Source: Clostridia bacterium
GTDB lineage: Bacteria; Bacillota; Clostridia; UMGS1883; UMGS1540
Direction of reading: 5' to 3'
NCBI GenBank assembly: GCA_045533905.1
Contig: JAZSIR010000003.1
Span: forward strand, 28,976 to 92,975
Length of the DNA stretch: 64,000 nt
Part shown: positions 37,328-46,700 of the stretch, one piece after another
How the letters are laid out: each line of letters opens with the position of its first letter
How positions within the stretch are numbered: the stretch's first letter is position 1
Made by a program: the position numbers and the translations under genes
Notes under the pieces: generated by a model
Database searches by the model: none
The model's input: only the letters and a program-made list of their open reading frames with translations
What the model was told of the DNA's origin: nothing

Positions 37328-39285
37328 TCCTTAACAATTAAATAATACATGGACTGTGCTTCCTTACCGATGGTGAAGGAAAGCTTGCCGTTTTCGTGTT
37401 TTGTGGGGAGAGTGCCTATATAGAAGCCTTCGGGGCTTACGGCCCAAACTTTAAGACCTTCTACCTCTGTGTCAATCGTGATATCGGCTTCAATAACCTC
37501 GATAAGTACCGGCGGTTTACCGATATCGAGCATGAGATCGCCTTCGAATTTTGCGTCTGTATTTTCTGCGCGGCCGACAGCGGTGAGAAGAATATTGTCG
37601 GATTTTGTGATGTCTGCATCCGAAAGCGTGCTCATCGCGATGGTGGCAAAATCGGTGTGGCAATCAATCGAAACGCCGTCGAGCTCCTGCTTGCCGTTTT
37701 TAAGGAGGAAGCCGTAGGCGCATTTTGTTTTCGGCGTATTGATGTAGCCGTAGTTTTTGCCCCAGCTTCTGTAAAGCTCGCCCGTATCGGAAAGGCTTTC
37801 CGTTCTTTCGCCCGGCCATTCTCTGTCTTCGGCGAATTCTTTAAAATCGTAGTTTGCGATAACACGCGAAACTTCCACGTTTTCGTGTGCCGCCGTCCAG
37901 TCATGCATGTGCTTGGAAATCGGGCGGATTTCCACGGTGTTCTTTGCTTCCTGCACGTCGCCGCGGCGTGTCATTAAGGCCGCATGCTGGAAAAGACCGA
38001 ACTTTGCCGGGTCATTCCATGCACTGAAAATACCCTGACGGTACGGAACGCCGCCGATTTTCTCGGCGAAAATTTCCTTGCCGAGCATATTCATGTTCTC
38101 AAGGCGTGCAGAGTAGGAGTATGTATGAATGGCAAAGCCGCTCCAGCCCTGAAGTAAACCTACTGCGGCGCAGAAAAGCGGAGACTCTGCGCGGTACGCG
38201 TTCGGCCACGGCATATCCCATTCGGAAATGTAGGTCGGCTTATCTTTTGCGGTGGCAAACGCCGAGTGCGAAAGGAGCGAATAGTCCCGCCCAGTGATGC
38301 CGCGGTTTTGACCGTGCTTCTCGAATTCTCCCCAGCGCCAGTCATAGTAGTAGGTATGGTCATCGTAAAAGTCGGTAAGAAGCTGTGTTTTCATATTGGC
38401 GGGCGAGGAAATCCAGTTCGTGCCCGTAATCGGGATTTTTACGCCCACTTCGCGCATATGAGAAAGCATAATGCGGTAGTATTCTTCCTGCAGCTCCGTC
38501 TTAAAGTCGATAAAGTCTTCGTCCTCGTAATCCGAAAAGTCTACATCGGCGGCCTTCTTGTCTTTTCCGTTCTTTTGAAGCCACGCGTCAAAAAGGTTTG
38601 CAAGTTCCGTTTTGTACGGCTCAGTGAAAAGCGGATGGCTCTTTGTGAAAAGGTCACTTTCGTTTACGATTTCCGCGAGGACGAAAACGGGGTCGTCACA
38701 GTACCGGAGCCCTGTGTACGGGTTTTCGTGCTGCCAAAGCTCGGTGCAAAGCTCTTTCTGAAGCTCGATAAGGCGCGGATTATATACGCAGTACGGCTTT
38801 GCCGCGTCAAGAAGCTCTTTGGCATTGTCCACATTCTCGTCGGATTTGAAGCGGCGGTAGGTGAACATATCCATATAGCAGTAAATACCTTCTTTTTTGA
38901 GGCAATACACGAGATAGTCAAGTCTGTCCATACTCTCGGGGTCAAGATGGCCGCCCGTTACTCTCTTGCCCTTTGTGAAGGCGAAGATGTTCGGCGTGTG
39001 CCACTCGGAATCGAGCTGATGGAAACGAACGAGGTTTAAACCGATTTTAGCGAGGCGCTTTGCAAGCTTTTCGGCATAGTCCTTCTCGGGGAAGCAGCCC
39101 CAGCCGTTGAAGTTCGTGCCCCAGAATTTTACGGGTGTACCGTCTTCAAACACAAACTGTCTGCCCTCTGTCTTCAGAAAGCCGTGCTTACCTGCCGGTT
39201 TTTCTCCTTCGAATACGAAGGAAATGTCCACGGGAACATCATCGTGGAAAAAAGGATAGGGAATCCACTTTGTCAAAAATATCAC
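37324..39285 (-). CDS. Glycoside hydrolase family 5-like enzyme, cytoplasmic
   Basis: TIM-barrel clan GH-A motifs: VKFWGTNF, acid/base EIVNESD, nucleophile YISEWD. 653 aa, no signal peptide. Confidence 0.6.
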   Translation of the reverse strand: MIFLTKWIPYPFFHDDVPVDISFVFEGEKPAGKHGFLKTEGRQFVFEDGTPVKFWGTNFNGWGCFPEKDYAEKLAKRLAKIGLNLVRFHQLDSEWHTPNIFAFTKGKRVTGGHLDPESMDRLDYLVYCLKKEGIYCYMDMFTYRRFKSDENVDNAKELLDAAKPYCVYNPRLIELQKELCTELWQHENPYTGLRYCDDPVFVLAEIVNESDLFTKSHPLFTEPYKTELANLFDAWLQKNGKDKKAADVDFSDYEDEDFIDFKTELQEEYYRIMLSHMREVGVKIPITGTNWISSPANMKTQLLTDFYDDHTYYYDWRWGEFEKHGQNRGITGRDYSLLSHSAFATAKDKPTYISEWDMPWPNAYRAESPLFCAAVGLLQGWSGFAIHTYSYSARLENMNMLGKEIFAEKIGGVPYRQGIFSAWNDPAKFGLFQHAALMTRRGDVQEAKNTVEIRPISKHMHDWTAAHENVEVSRVIANYDFKEFAEDREWPGERTESLSDTGELYRSWGKNYGYINTPKTKCAYGFLLKNGKQELDGVSIDCHTDFATIAMSTLSDADITKSDNILLTAVGRAENTDAKFEGDLMLDIGKPPVLIEVIEADITIDTEVEGLKVWAVSPEGFYIGTLPTKHENGKLSFTIGKEAQSMYYLIVKE

Positions 39286-39395
39286 CTCAGAAATAGTAGT
39301 TTATACTTGCATTATATCATATTTTCAGGTATAATCTACCCAGAAACCGAAAAAAACCAATGAAAAACAGTACATTTTGAAGGTGGGAGGTAAAG

Positions 39396-40181
39396 ATGAG
39401 AGGGAAATTTGAAAAAAATGAACTCGGCATCCGAATCACGAGCGTACAAGGCTTTCGCGGCTTTCCGCCCATGTTCCATGCACATATGGAGTTTATTTAT
39501 GTACTTTCAGGGGAAGTTAAAATCAATATTGACGATGTGCGCCACACCCTCACAAAGGGGCAAATGAGCATGGCCTTTCCGTATGCCATCCACAGCTATC
39601 AAAATGCACCGGATGCGGAGGTTTTCGTGCTTTTGTTCTCGCCCGCGGCCGTGCCCGGCTTTGAAAAAGAGCTTTCGGCCGTTCGCCCGGTCACTCCGTA
39701 TGTGGAGGACGCCCGGATATTTTTGCCGCTTCTTGAGAAAATCTTGGCGTTTTACGGGGAGGAGGGCACTTCGGCCAAAACGGCAGAGGCATATCTTAAC
39801 GCCCTTCTCGGGGAAATCCTTCTTTCCATCCCGCTTACGGATGCTGACAATACGGATTTAAGCACCACACAGAAAATTCTCGTCTACTGCTCGGAACATT
39901 ATAAAGAAAATATCACGATTGGGAAGGTGGCGCATCATTGTTTCGTGAGCGAGAGCACGGTCACGAAAATTTTTGCCGCAAAGCTCGGCTGTTCATTTCG
40001 CGAATACATCAATATTCTTCGAATTAGTGACGCGAAGAGCCTTCTTAAAAATACAGACCTTAAAATTATCGAAGTCATGCTCGCCTCAGGGTACCAAAAC
40101 CAGAGTAGCTTTAACCGTGTGTTCGGGTCAGTGGTAGGGATGAGCCCGCGTGCATATCGAGATAAATACAGGAAAAAATAA
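39396..40181 (+). CDS. AraC-family transcriptional regulator with a cupin sensor and an HTH
   Basis: C-terminal dual HTH ...ESTVTKIFAAKLGCSFREYINILRI...SGYQNQSSFNRVF. Divergent from the GH5/ceramidase operon. Confidence 0.8.
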   Translation: MRGKFEKNELGIRITSVQGFRGFPPMFHAHMEFIYVLSGEVKINIDDVRHTLTKGQMSMAFPYAIHSYQNAPDAEVFVLLFSPAAVPGFEKELSAVRPVTPYVEDARIFLPLLEKILAFYGEEGTSAKTAEAYLNALLGEILLSIPLTDADNTDLSTTQKILVYCSEHYKENITIGKVAHHCFVSESTVTKIFAAKLGCSFREYINILRISDAKSLLKNTDLKIIEVMLASGYQNQSSFNRVFGSVVGMSPRAYRDKYRKK

Positions 40182-40193
40182 GGAGAGAAAAAG

Positions 40194-41372
40194 ATGTTTT
40201 ACGAAAAAACAAACATTTTCCCGTCAGACGGCGTGTCGAACTACCGTATCCCGAGCTGCATAGCAACAAAAAATGGTACCTTTATCGCATTTGCAAATGA
40301 TAGAAAAAATACGCTTATGGACCGCGCTGTGGAAATCTCCGTTGCCAGCTGCCGAAAGGAAGCAGGCGGCGCGTGAACAAAGGCCGAAACGCGCGTAGCA
40401 ATCCCCGACTGGGCGATTCAAGCAGGTGCGCTTACGTATGACGAAGAAATCGATAAAGTCATCTATTTCAGCGTCCGTATGGCGGTAGCTACGAACGAGT
40501 GGTACATCTATTCCAAGGAAGAACTCGCGGAAATTGCCGCAAAAACCCGCGAAAAAGAGAAAGCGGCAGGCGCAAAGGATGGCCACTACCGCCTCGTTTC
40601 CACCGATGACGGCAAAACGTGGACAGAGGAAGAGCACATTCCGCTCCCGATTCTTAAAAAACACATCGACGGAAAGGAATATTCTGTTTGCGGACAAACA
40701 CACGGCTGTGCCCACGGCATTCAGCTTAAAAACAGCAAGTATCGCGGAAGACTCGTTTCGCCTGCACGCTTTACCATCGGCCAGTTTGATAACCGCGAGG
40801 ACCTTAAACAGTGCGTATATAACTGCGCCATTTATTCCGATGACCACGGCAAAACGTGGAAAACCTCGGGTAGCGTGCAGATTACAACGGGCGAAGGTAC
40901 GCTTATTGAAAACCGTGACGGAAGCCTTACCTATAATTCCAGAGCGTACCATCAGGACGGGCGGCGCCGCCTTGCCACGTCCTATGATGGCGGCGAAACG
41001 TGGGAGGATTTCCGCGAAGACGATTTCCTCCTTGAGGAAAAGAAGCAAGGCTGCAATGCTTCCTTTATCCGCGTGGAGCTTTCTGAAATTTTGGACACTT
41101 CGCTTCTCCCCCAAAACGCGGAAGGGCTCGTGCTCTTTGCAAACCCGAGGGCAGAAACGCGTGAGAATATGTGCATCTGCATTTCATATGACGGCGGCAG
41201 AACATGGGCAGACATAAAGGTCGTAGACCCCGGATTTGCCTCCTATTCGTCCCTTGCATGGAACAAGGGAACGCAAACCTTCTGTCTTCTCTATGAGCAC
41301 GGCGAAGAGCACGCGAACAGTTCCGGCATATCGGCAATTGAATTTGACCTCGAATGGCTTCTTGCGAAATAA
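40194..41372 (+). pseudogene. Exo-alpha-sialidase (GH33, BNR/Asp-box) interrupted by a single in-frame TGA at 40374-40376
   Basis: ORF 40194-40376 carries the YRIP motif. ORF 40479-41372 is in the same frame and has four Asp-boxes: STDDGKTW, SDDHGKTW, SYDGGETW, SYDGGRTW. The only interruption is one TGA. TGA is used as a stop elsewhere in the window. Confidence 0.65.
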
Positions 41373-41376
41373 AAAA

Positions 41377-41406
41377 GGGCGGCTGCACCGTAGCCGCTTT
41401 TTTATT
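41377..41406 (+). terminator. Rho-independent terminator after the sialidase gene
   Basis: GCGGCT-GCACCGT-AGCCGC followed by TTTTTTATTTATTTTTT. Confidence 0.7.
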
Positions 41407-41483
41407 TATTTTTTGTTGCATATATTCCGTCTCTTTGAACATAATAAGGAATGTAGTTTCGCATTCTACATCTTTTTTTCTAT

Positions 41484-41520
41484 CTCCTATAGGGAAAAGA
41501 CGGCCACATGGCCGTCTTTT
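41484..41520 (+). terminator. Second rho-independent terminator; it may end a short unannotated transcript
   Basis: AGACGGCCACATGGCCGTCT hairpin followed by TTTTTCTTTTC. It is preceded by a possible TTGCAT-18-CATAAT promoter about 70 nt upstream. Confidence 0.5.
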
Positions 41521-41559
41521 TCTTTTCTTTTATTTTCTGTTCTGCAGGTACAGGCCGTG

Positions 41560-41951
41560 CGGCTCGCAGACGAACCCTACGAGTTCGGTACAATCTCTCC
41601 TTCTCCGCAAAACGATTTTCTGGTGTATGGAGAGATACGGTGCGCTCATGCCCTCTACCGACCGCCTTCGGCGGTGCCCGGTATTTGGCGCGTGCTCCCG
41701 ACTCCGCAGTCTGCAAAGTTCCTTTGCAGCTGCTTCGACGAACTCTCGAGAGGTCTCATCCCGTTTTTCCTGCTCCTCAAAAGAAAGAAGCTGTTTTTTG
41801 GCTGCGGAGAGATACTCTGCGCCGGCGATTTTTCGACCATCTGCGATGGTGCCCGAAAAATCCTGCCGTGCTCGAGACTCCGCAGTCCGCCCGTCTTCGA
41901 CGCGCGGCTGCTTCGACGAACTCTACGAGTTCTCACTCTCCTTCTCCGCCA
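41560..41951 (+). repeat. Degenerate tandem repeats of about 160-175 nt, each ending in a tRNA-Ser 3'-end-like fragment
   Basis: Related blocks lie at about 41563, 41722 and 41893 (GCGGCT.GC..GACGAAC(C/T)CTACGAGTTC...). Two end in CTCTCCTTCTCCGC(C)A, at 41595-41608 and 41937-41951. This sequence is identical to the 3' end of the adjacent tRNA-Ser(GCT) but lies on the opposite strand. Confidence 0.5.
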
Positions 41952-41984
41952 AACAAAAAAGAGATACGAATGTATCTCTTTTTC
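41951..41984 (-). terminator. Terminator of the tRNA-Ser operon (minus strand)
   Basis: AGAGATAC-GAAT-GTATCTCT, flanked by an A-run and a T-run. It lies directly after the tRNA 3' end. Confidence 0.7.
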
Positions 41985-42076
41985 TGGCGGAGAAGGAGAG
42001 ATTCGAACTCTCGCACCAGTTTCCCAGCCTACTCCCTTAGCAGGGGAGCCCCTTCGACCTACTTGGGTACTTCTCC
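41985..42076 (-). tRNA. tRNA-Ser (anticodon GCT)
   Basis: 92 nt: GGAGAAG-TA-CCC..GGG-CTCCC-CTGCTAA-GGGAG, a long variable arm, GAGAG-TTCGAAT-CTCTC, CTTCTCC-G-CCA. The D stem is 3 bp, typical of class II tRNAs. Confidence 0.85.
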
Positions 42077-42167
42077 ATATATTAAATTTTCCGTGCCGTC
42101 AATCCTGCAAGGCAGGCCGATGAAGGCGACGGGCCATTGGTGGCGATGCTTTGCAGGAGACGGAATG

Positions 42168-42254
42168 TGGCGGAGAAGGTGGGATTCGAACCCACGGCTC
42201 TTTCGAGTCACTGGTTTTCAAGACCAGCTCCTTAAACCGCTCGGACACCTCTCC
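42168..42254 (-). tRNA. tRNA-Ser (anticodon TGA)
   Basis: 87 nt: GGAGAGG...CTGGT-CTTGAAA-ACCAG, a long variable arm, GTGGG-TTCGAAT-CCCAC, CTTCTCC-G-CCA. Confidence 0.85.
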
Positions 42255-42271
42255 CTGCATGAAACAAAAGT

Positions 42272-42300
42272 ATTATAGCAAAAAAAGCGCGCGGTGTCAA
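42272..42300 (-). promoter_or_regulatory. Consensus sigma-A promoter of the tRNA-Ser operon
   Basis: On the minus strand: TTGACA, a 17-nt spacer, TATAAT, about 17 nt upstream of the tRNA 5' end. Confidence 0.65.
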
Positions 42301-42360
42301 CTGTTTCGAAAAAAATAATTTATTTTGTTTTCTTTTTTTGGGAAAAGAGAGACTTTTTCC

Positions 42361-42468
42361 TTGACAAAGGAGAGGGGGCGTGGTACAATATATAAGATAA
42401 ATCTTTAAGTGCGATGCAGAGACGTCGGCAAGATTGTGAAAAGGTGCAGCGGAAGGCTGTATTTTTTG
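42361..42468 (+). promoter_or_regulatory. pyr operon promoter plus a leader with a PyrR-box-like motif and an attenuator hairpin
   Basis: TTGACA-17-TACAAT, with TGg upstream (extended -10). The leader UUUAAGUGCGAUGCAGAGACGUCGGCAAG resembles the B. subtilis PyrR binding loops (..CAGAGAGGCUG.CAAG). A GCAGC-GGAAG-GCUGU hairpin followed by AUUUUUU lies at about 42446-42468. Confidence 0.4.
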
Positions 42469-42505
42469 GCGCGTCTTGCTTTTTGTATGGAAAGGAACCT
42501 TAAAA

Positions 42506-43699
42506 ATGCAAGAGATAATGAACATCCTGAAGAAAAACGAGACAGGCGCCGGAAAAGAAGTGTTTCTCCGTCGCTTTGCACCCCATTTTTTAAATTTGGA
42601 TGATTTTGTGATTTTACCCGGCTTTTGCGATGTGCACGTGCATTTTCGTGAGCCGGGTTTTTCGTATAAAGAAACGATTTTGTCGGGCAGCCGCGCGGCG
42701 GCGCACGGCGGCTTTACCGCGGTGTGCACGATGCCGAATCTCGACCCTGTGCCCGATGATGCCGAAACTCTCGCACTCCAGAAGGAACTGATCGCGCGGG
42801 GCGCTGTTATCGGCGTATACCCTCTCGGCGCCATCACAAAAGGGGAAAAGGGAGAAGCACTTTCGGATATGGAAAATATGGACGCCATCGCATTTTCAGA
42901 CGACGGCCGCGGCGTACAAAGCGAAAGCACGATGCGCGAGGCGATGCTTCTCGCCAAAAAGTGCGGCAAGGTCATTGCGGCGCACTGTGAGGATAATAGT
43001 CTTCTCTATGGCGGATATATCCACGATGGGGCGTATGCGGCGGCACATAGCCACCGCGGCATCTCCTCGGAAAGCGAGTACGGGCCGATTGCGCGCGACA
43101 TTCGCCTTCTTCGCGAGACGGGGTGCGCCTACCATGTGTGCCATATCTCGACGAAGGAGAGCGTGGCGCTTATCCGCGAGGCAAAGCGCGAAGGCATCGA
43201 CATTACGTGCGAAACAGCACCGCATTATCTTATATTTGACGAAAATGACCTCGAAGAGGACGGCCGCTTTAAAATGAACCCGCCGCTTCGCGCGCGGGAA
43301 GACCGCGAGGCACTTATCGAAGGCGTACTCGACGGAACAATTGATATGATAGCGACCGACCACGCCCCCCATTCCGCCGAGGAAAAAGGGCGGGGCCTTG
43401 CAAAAAGTGCATTTGGCATTGTGGGAATCGAAACCTCGTTCCCCGCGATGTATACATACTTTGTAAAAACGGGCAGGATGACAATGGAGCGCCTTATAGA
43501 GCTTATGTGCATCGCACCGCGCGAGCGGTTCGGCATTCCTTTCGGAGAAGAGTTTTCCGTCTGGAACCTTGCCGAAAGCCGAAAGGTCTCCGCGGCGGAA
43601 TTTCTCTCGATGGGAAAAGCCACCCCGTTTTTAGATAAAGAACTTTATGGGGTCAATTACCTTACCGTCTCGGGCGGCAAGGTTGTATATGAAAGATAG
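42506..43699 (+). CDS. pyrC: Dihydroorotase
   Basis: Metal-binding motifs DVHVHFREPG, HVCHIS and ATDHAPH. The start was chosen at the ATG after GGAAAGGA, so the exact start is uncertain. Confidence 0.85.
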   Translation: MQEIMNILKKNETGAGKEVFLRRFAPHFLNLDDFVILPGFCDVHVHFREPGFSYKETILSGSRAAAHGGFTAVCTMPNLDPVPDDAETLALQKELIARGAVIGVYPLGAITKGEKGEALSDMENMDAIAFSDDGRGVQSESTMREAMLLAKKCGKVIAAHCEDNSLLYGGYIHDGAYAAAHSHRGISSESEYGPIARDIRLLRETGCAYHVCHISTKESVALIREAKREGIDITCETAPHYLIFDENDLEEDGRFKMNPPLRAREDREALIEGVLDGTIDMIATDHAPHSAEEKGRGLAKSAFGIVGIETSFPAMYTYFVKTGRMTMERLIELMCIAPRERFGIPFGEEFSVWNLAESRKVSAAEFLSMGKATPFLDKELYGVNYLTVSGGKVVYER

Positions 43700-43711
43700 G
43701 AGGAAATTACT

Positions 43712-46700
43712 GTGGCAAAAAGAAAAGACATTAAAAAAATCCTGATTATCGGCTCCGGGCCGATTGTTATCGGCCAGGCGGCGGAATTTGACTATGCCGG
43801 CACGCAGGCCTGCCTCGCTCTTAAAGAAGAAGGGTATGAGGTTGTACTTTGTAACTCGAACCCCGCAACGATTATGACAGACACCACAATTGCGGACAAG
43901 GTGTATATGGAGCCTTTAACACTCGAATACATCGCTAAAATCCTTCGCTACGAGCGTCCCGATGCTATCGTGCCCGGCATCGGCGGACAGACGGGGTTAA
44001 ACCTTGCGATGCAGCTTGAGAAAAAGGGCGTTCTGAAGGAATGTGAAGTAGAGCTTCTCGGCACCACGAGCGAGAGCATCGAGCGCGCAGAAGACCGCGA
44101 GCTTTTCAAAGAACTTTGTCAGGAAATCGGCGAGCCTACAATTCCCTCCGAAATTACATATGATTTAGAAGAAGCACGCCGCGCCGCAAGCGAAATCGGC
44201 TACCCCGTAGTGCTGCGCCCTGCGTTTACTTTGGGCGGCACAGGCGGCGGCTTTGCCAATAACGAAGAAGAGCTTATCGAAATCGGCACAAACGCCTTTA
44301 AGCTTTCGCCCGTACATCAGGTTCTTATCGAAAAGAGCGTGCGCGGCTATAAGGAAATCGAGTTTGAAGTTATGCGCGACGCGGAAGATACAGCCATCAC
44401 CATCTGCGGTATGGAAAACGTAGACCCCGTTGGCGTACATACGGGCGACTCGGTGGTTGTAGCCCCGATTATGACGCTTTCCGAAAAAGACGAAACAATG
44501 CTTCGCGAAAGTGCCATTAAAATTATCCGCGCCCTCAAAATTGAAGGCGGCTGTAACGTACAGTTTGCCCTGCACCCGACGACGAGCGAATACTACCTCA
44601 TCGAGGTAAACCCGCGCGTTTCGCGCTCTTCGGCACTTGCTTCGAAGGCAAGCGGCTACCCGATTGCGCGTGTTACGGCAAAAATCGCCGTGGGCATGAC
44701 GCTTTCGGAAATCCAGATTGCAAACACCACAGCGGCAAAGGAGCCGCGGCTTGACTATGTTATCGCAAAGCTTCCGCGCTTCCCGTTTGATAAATTTGCC
44801 TCCGCCCCCAACACCCTCGGCACGCAGATGAAGGCCACGGGTGAGGTTATGGGCATCGGCACAAATCTCGAAGAATGTCTCTTAAAATCCGTTCGCTCCC
44901 TTGAAATAGGCGCATATCACTTCCACCTGCCGAAGTTTGACAGTATGAATCGCGAGGAACTTCTCGAATACATTACGGAATTTAAGGACGATACGATTTT
45001 TGCCGTTGCGGCTCTTATGCGCCTCGGCACAGACGTTGCCACACTGCACGATATTACGAAAATCACGCCGTACTTCCTCGAAAGCATCGAGCGCATCGTG
45101 AAGATGGAAGAGGAAATTGCGAAAAACGCGGGCGATGTGAAAACACTTCTCGCGGCAAAGAAGATGGGCTTTTCCGATAAATACATCGCAAAGCTCTGGA
45201 ATATGACGGAGCTTTCGGTATTCGAGCTTCGCAAAAAGGAAAATATGTTCCCCGTTTACAAAATGGTGGATACGTTCCATACAGACGCATACATTCCGTA
45301 CTTCTATTCCACCTACACGGGCGAGAATGCTTCTATCGTAACGGATAAGAAGAAAATCGTGGTGCTCGGCGCAGGCCCCATCCGCATCGGGCAGGGCGTA
45401 GAGTTTGACTATTCGACCGTACACGCCGTAACCACCATTAAAAACTCCGGCTACGAAGCTATTATCATTAACAATAACCCCGAAACGGTTTCCACCGACT
45501 ATACAACGGCCGATAAGCTCTACTTTGAGCCGCTTTGCACCGAAGATGTTATGAACATTCTCGAAATGGAAAAGGCGGAAGGCGTTATTGCTTCCCTCGG
45601 CGGCCAGACGGCGATAAACCTTGCCGCACCGCTTCGCGACCGCGGCGTGCGCATCATCGGCACGGATTGCGATGCCATCGAGCGCGCCGAAAACCGCGAT
45701 AGCTTCGAAAAAATCCTCGAAGAACTGCACATTCCCCAGCCGAAGGGCAGAGCCGTCACGAAGATTGAGGACGGCGTAAAAGCTGCCGCGGAAATCGGCT
45801 ACCCCGTACTCGTACGCCCGAGCTTCGTTCTCGGCGGCCGCGCCATGCAGATTGTAGGCGGCGAGGAGCAGCTTCGTCACTACCTCAAAACGGCAGTTGC
45901 CATTGATGAGGACAAGCCTGTTCTCGTTGACAAATACATTCAGGGCAAGGAAGTCGAGGTGGACGCCATTTGTGACGGACGCGACGTATTCGTCCCCGGC
46001 ATCATGGAACTTGTAGAGCGCACCGGCGTTCACAGCGGTGACTCCATAAGCGTGTACCCCACGTTCAGTATTTCCGATAAAGTAAAAGGCACCATTTTAG
46101 GCTATGCCAAAAAACTCGGTCTTGGCATCGGCATTATCGGTCTTTACAATATCCAGTTTATTGTAGACGATAAGGATGATGTATATATCATCGAAGTAAA
46201 CCCGCGCTCCTCACGTACCGTTCCCTTCCTCTCGAAGGCCACGGGCTACAGCCTTGCGGATATTGCCACCGAGGTAATCCTTGGCAAGAGCCTTAAAGAA
46301 CAGGGCATCTTCGATTTGTACCCCGAAGAAAAGAACCGCTACTATGTAAAGGTGCCGGTATTCTCCTCGAACAAAATCCGCGGTCTTGACGCGTACCTCT
46401 CGCCGGAAATGAAGTCCACAGGCGAGGCGATTGGGTATGACGATAAGTTAAACCGCGCCCTTTATAAAGCCTTGCAGGCTTCCGGAATGCATCTGCAGAA
46501 CTACGGCACCGTATTTGCCACGATTGCCGATAAGGATAAGCCGGAGGCACTGCCCCTTATCCGCCGCTTCTATAACCTTGGCTTTAACATTGAAGCGACA
46601 GAAGGCACCGCAAAGTTCCTCAAAGAAAACGGCATCCGCACACACGTTCTTCGCAAAATCGGCGAGGGGAGCGACGAAATTCAGGAAGCACTCCGCCAGG

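Noticed and set aside
40374-40376. The in-frame TGA of the sialidase read as selenocysteine or as an alternative genetic code.
   Set aside because: No SECIS-like hairpin follows the codon. Sialidases are not selenoproteins. TGA clearly terminates neighbouring genes (GH116, lacI-like, pyrD and others), so code 4/25 is excluded.
41560-42076. An intact integrated mobile element or prophage at tRNA-Ser.
   Set aside because: No integrase, recombinase, transposase or phage structural ORFs occur anywhere in the window. The tRNA-derived fragments are inverted rather than direct repeats, and they bound only non-coding DNA.
41236-42278. Three long overlapping plus-strand ORFs (295, 228 and 256 aa) listed in the ORF track.
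   Set aside because: They lie across two tRNA-Ser genes, several terminators and degenerate repeats. Their composition is low-complexity Arg/Ser/Pro-rich, and none has an RBS or homology. They are artefacts of an open GC-rich frame.
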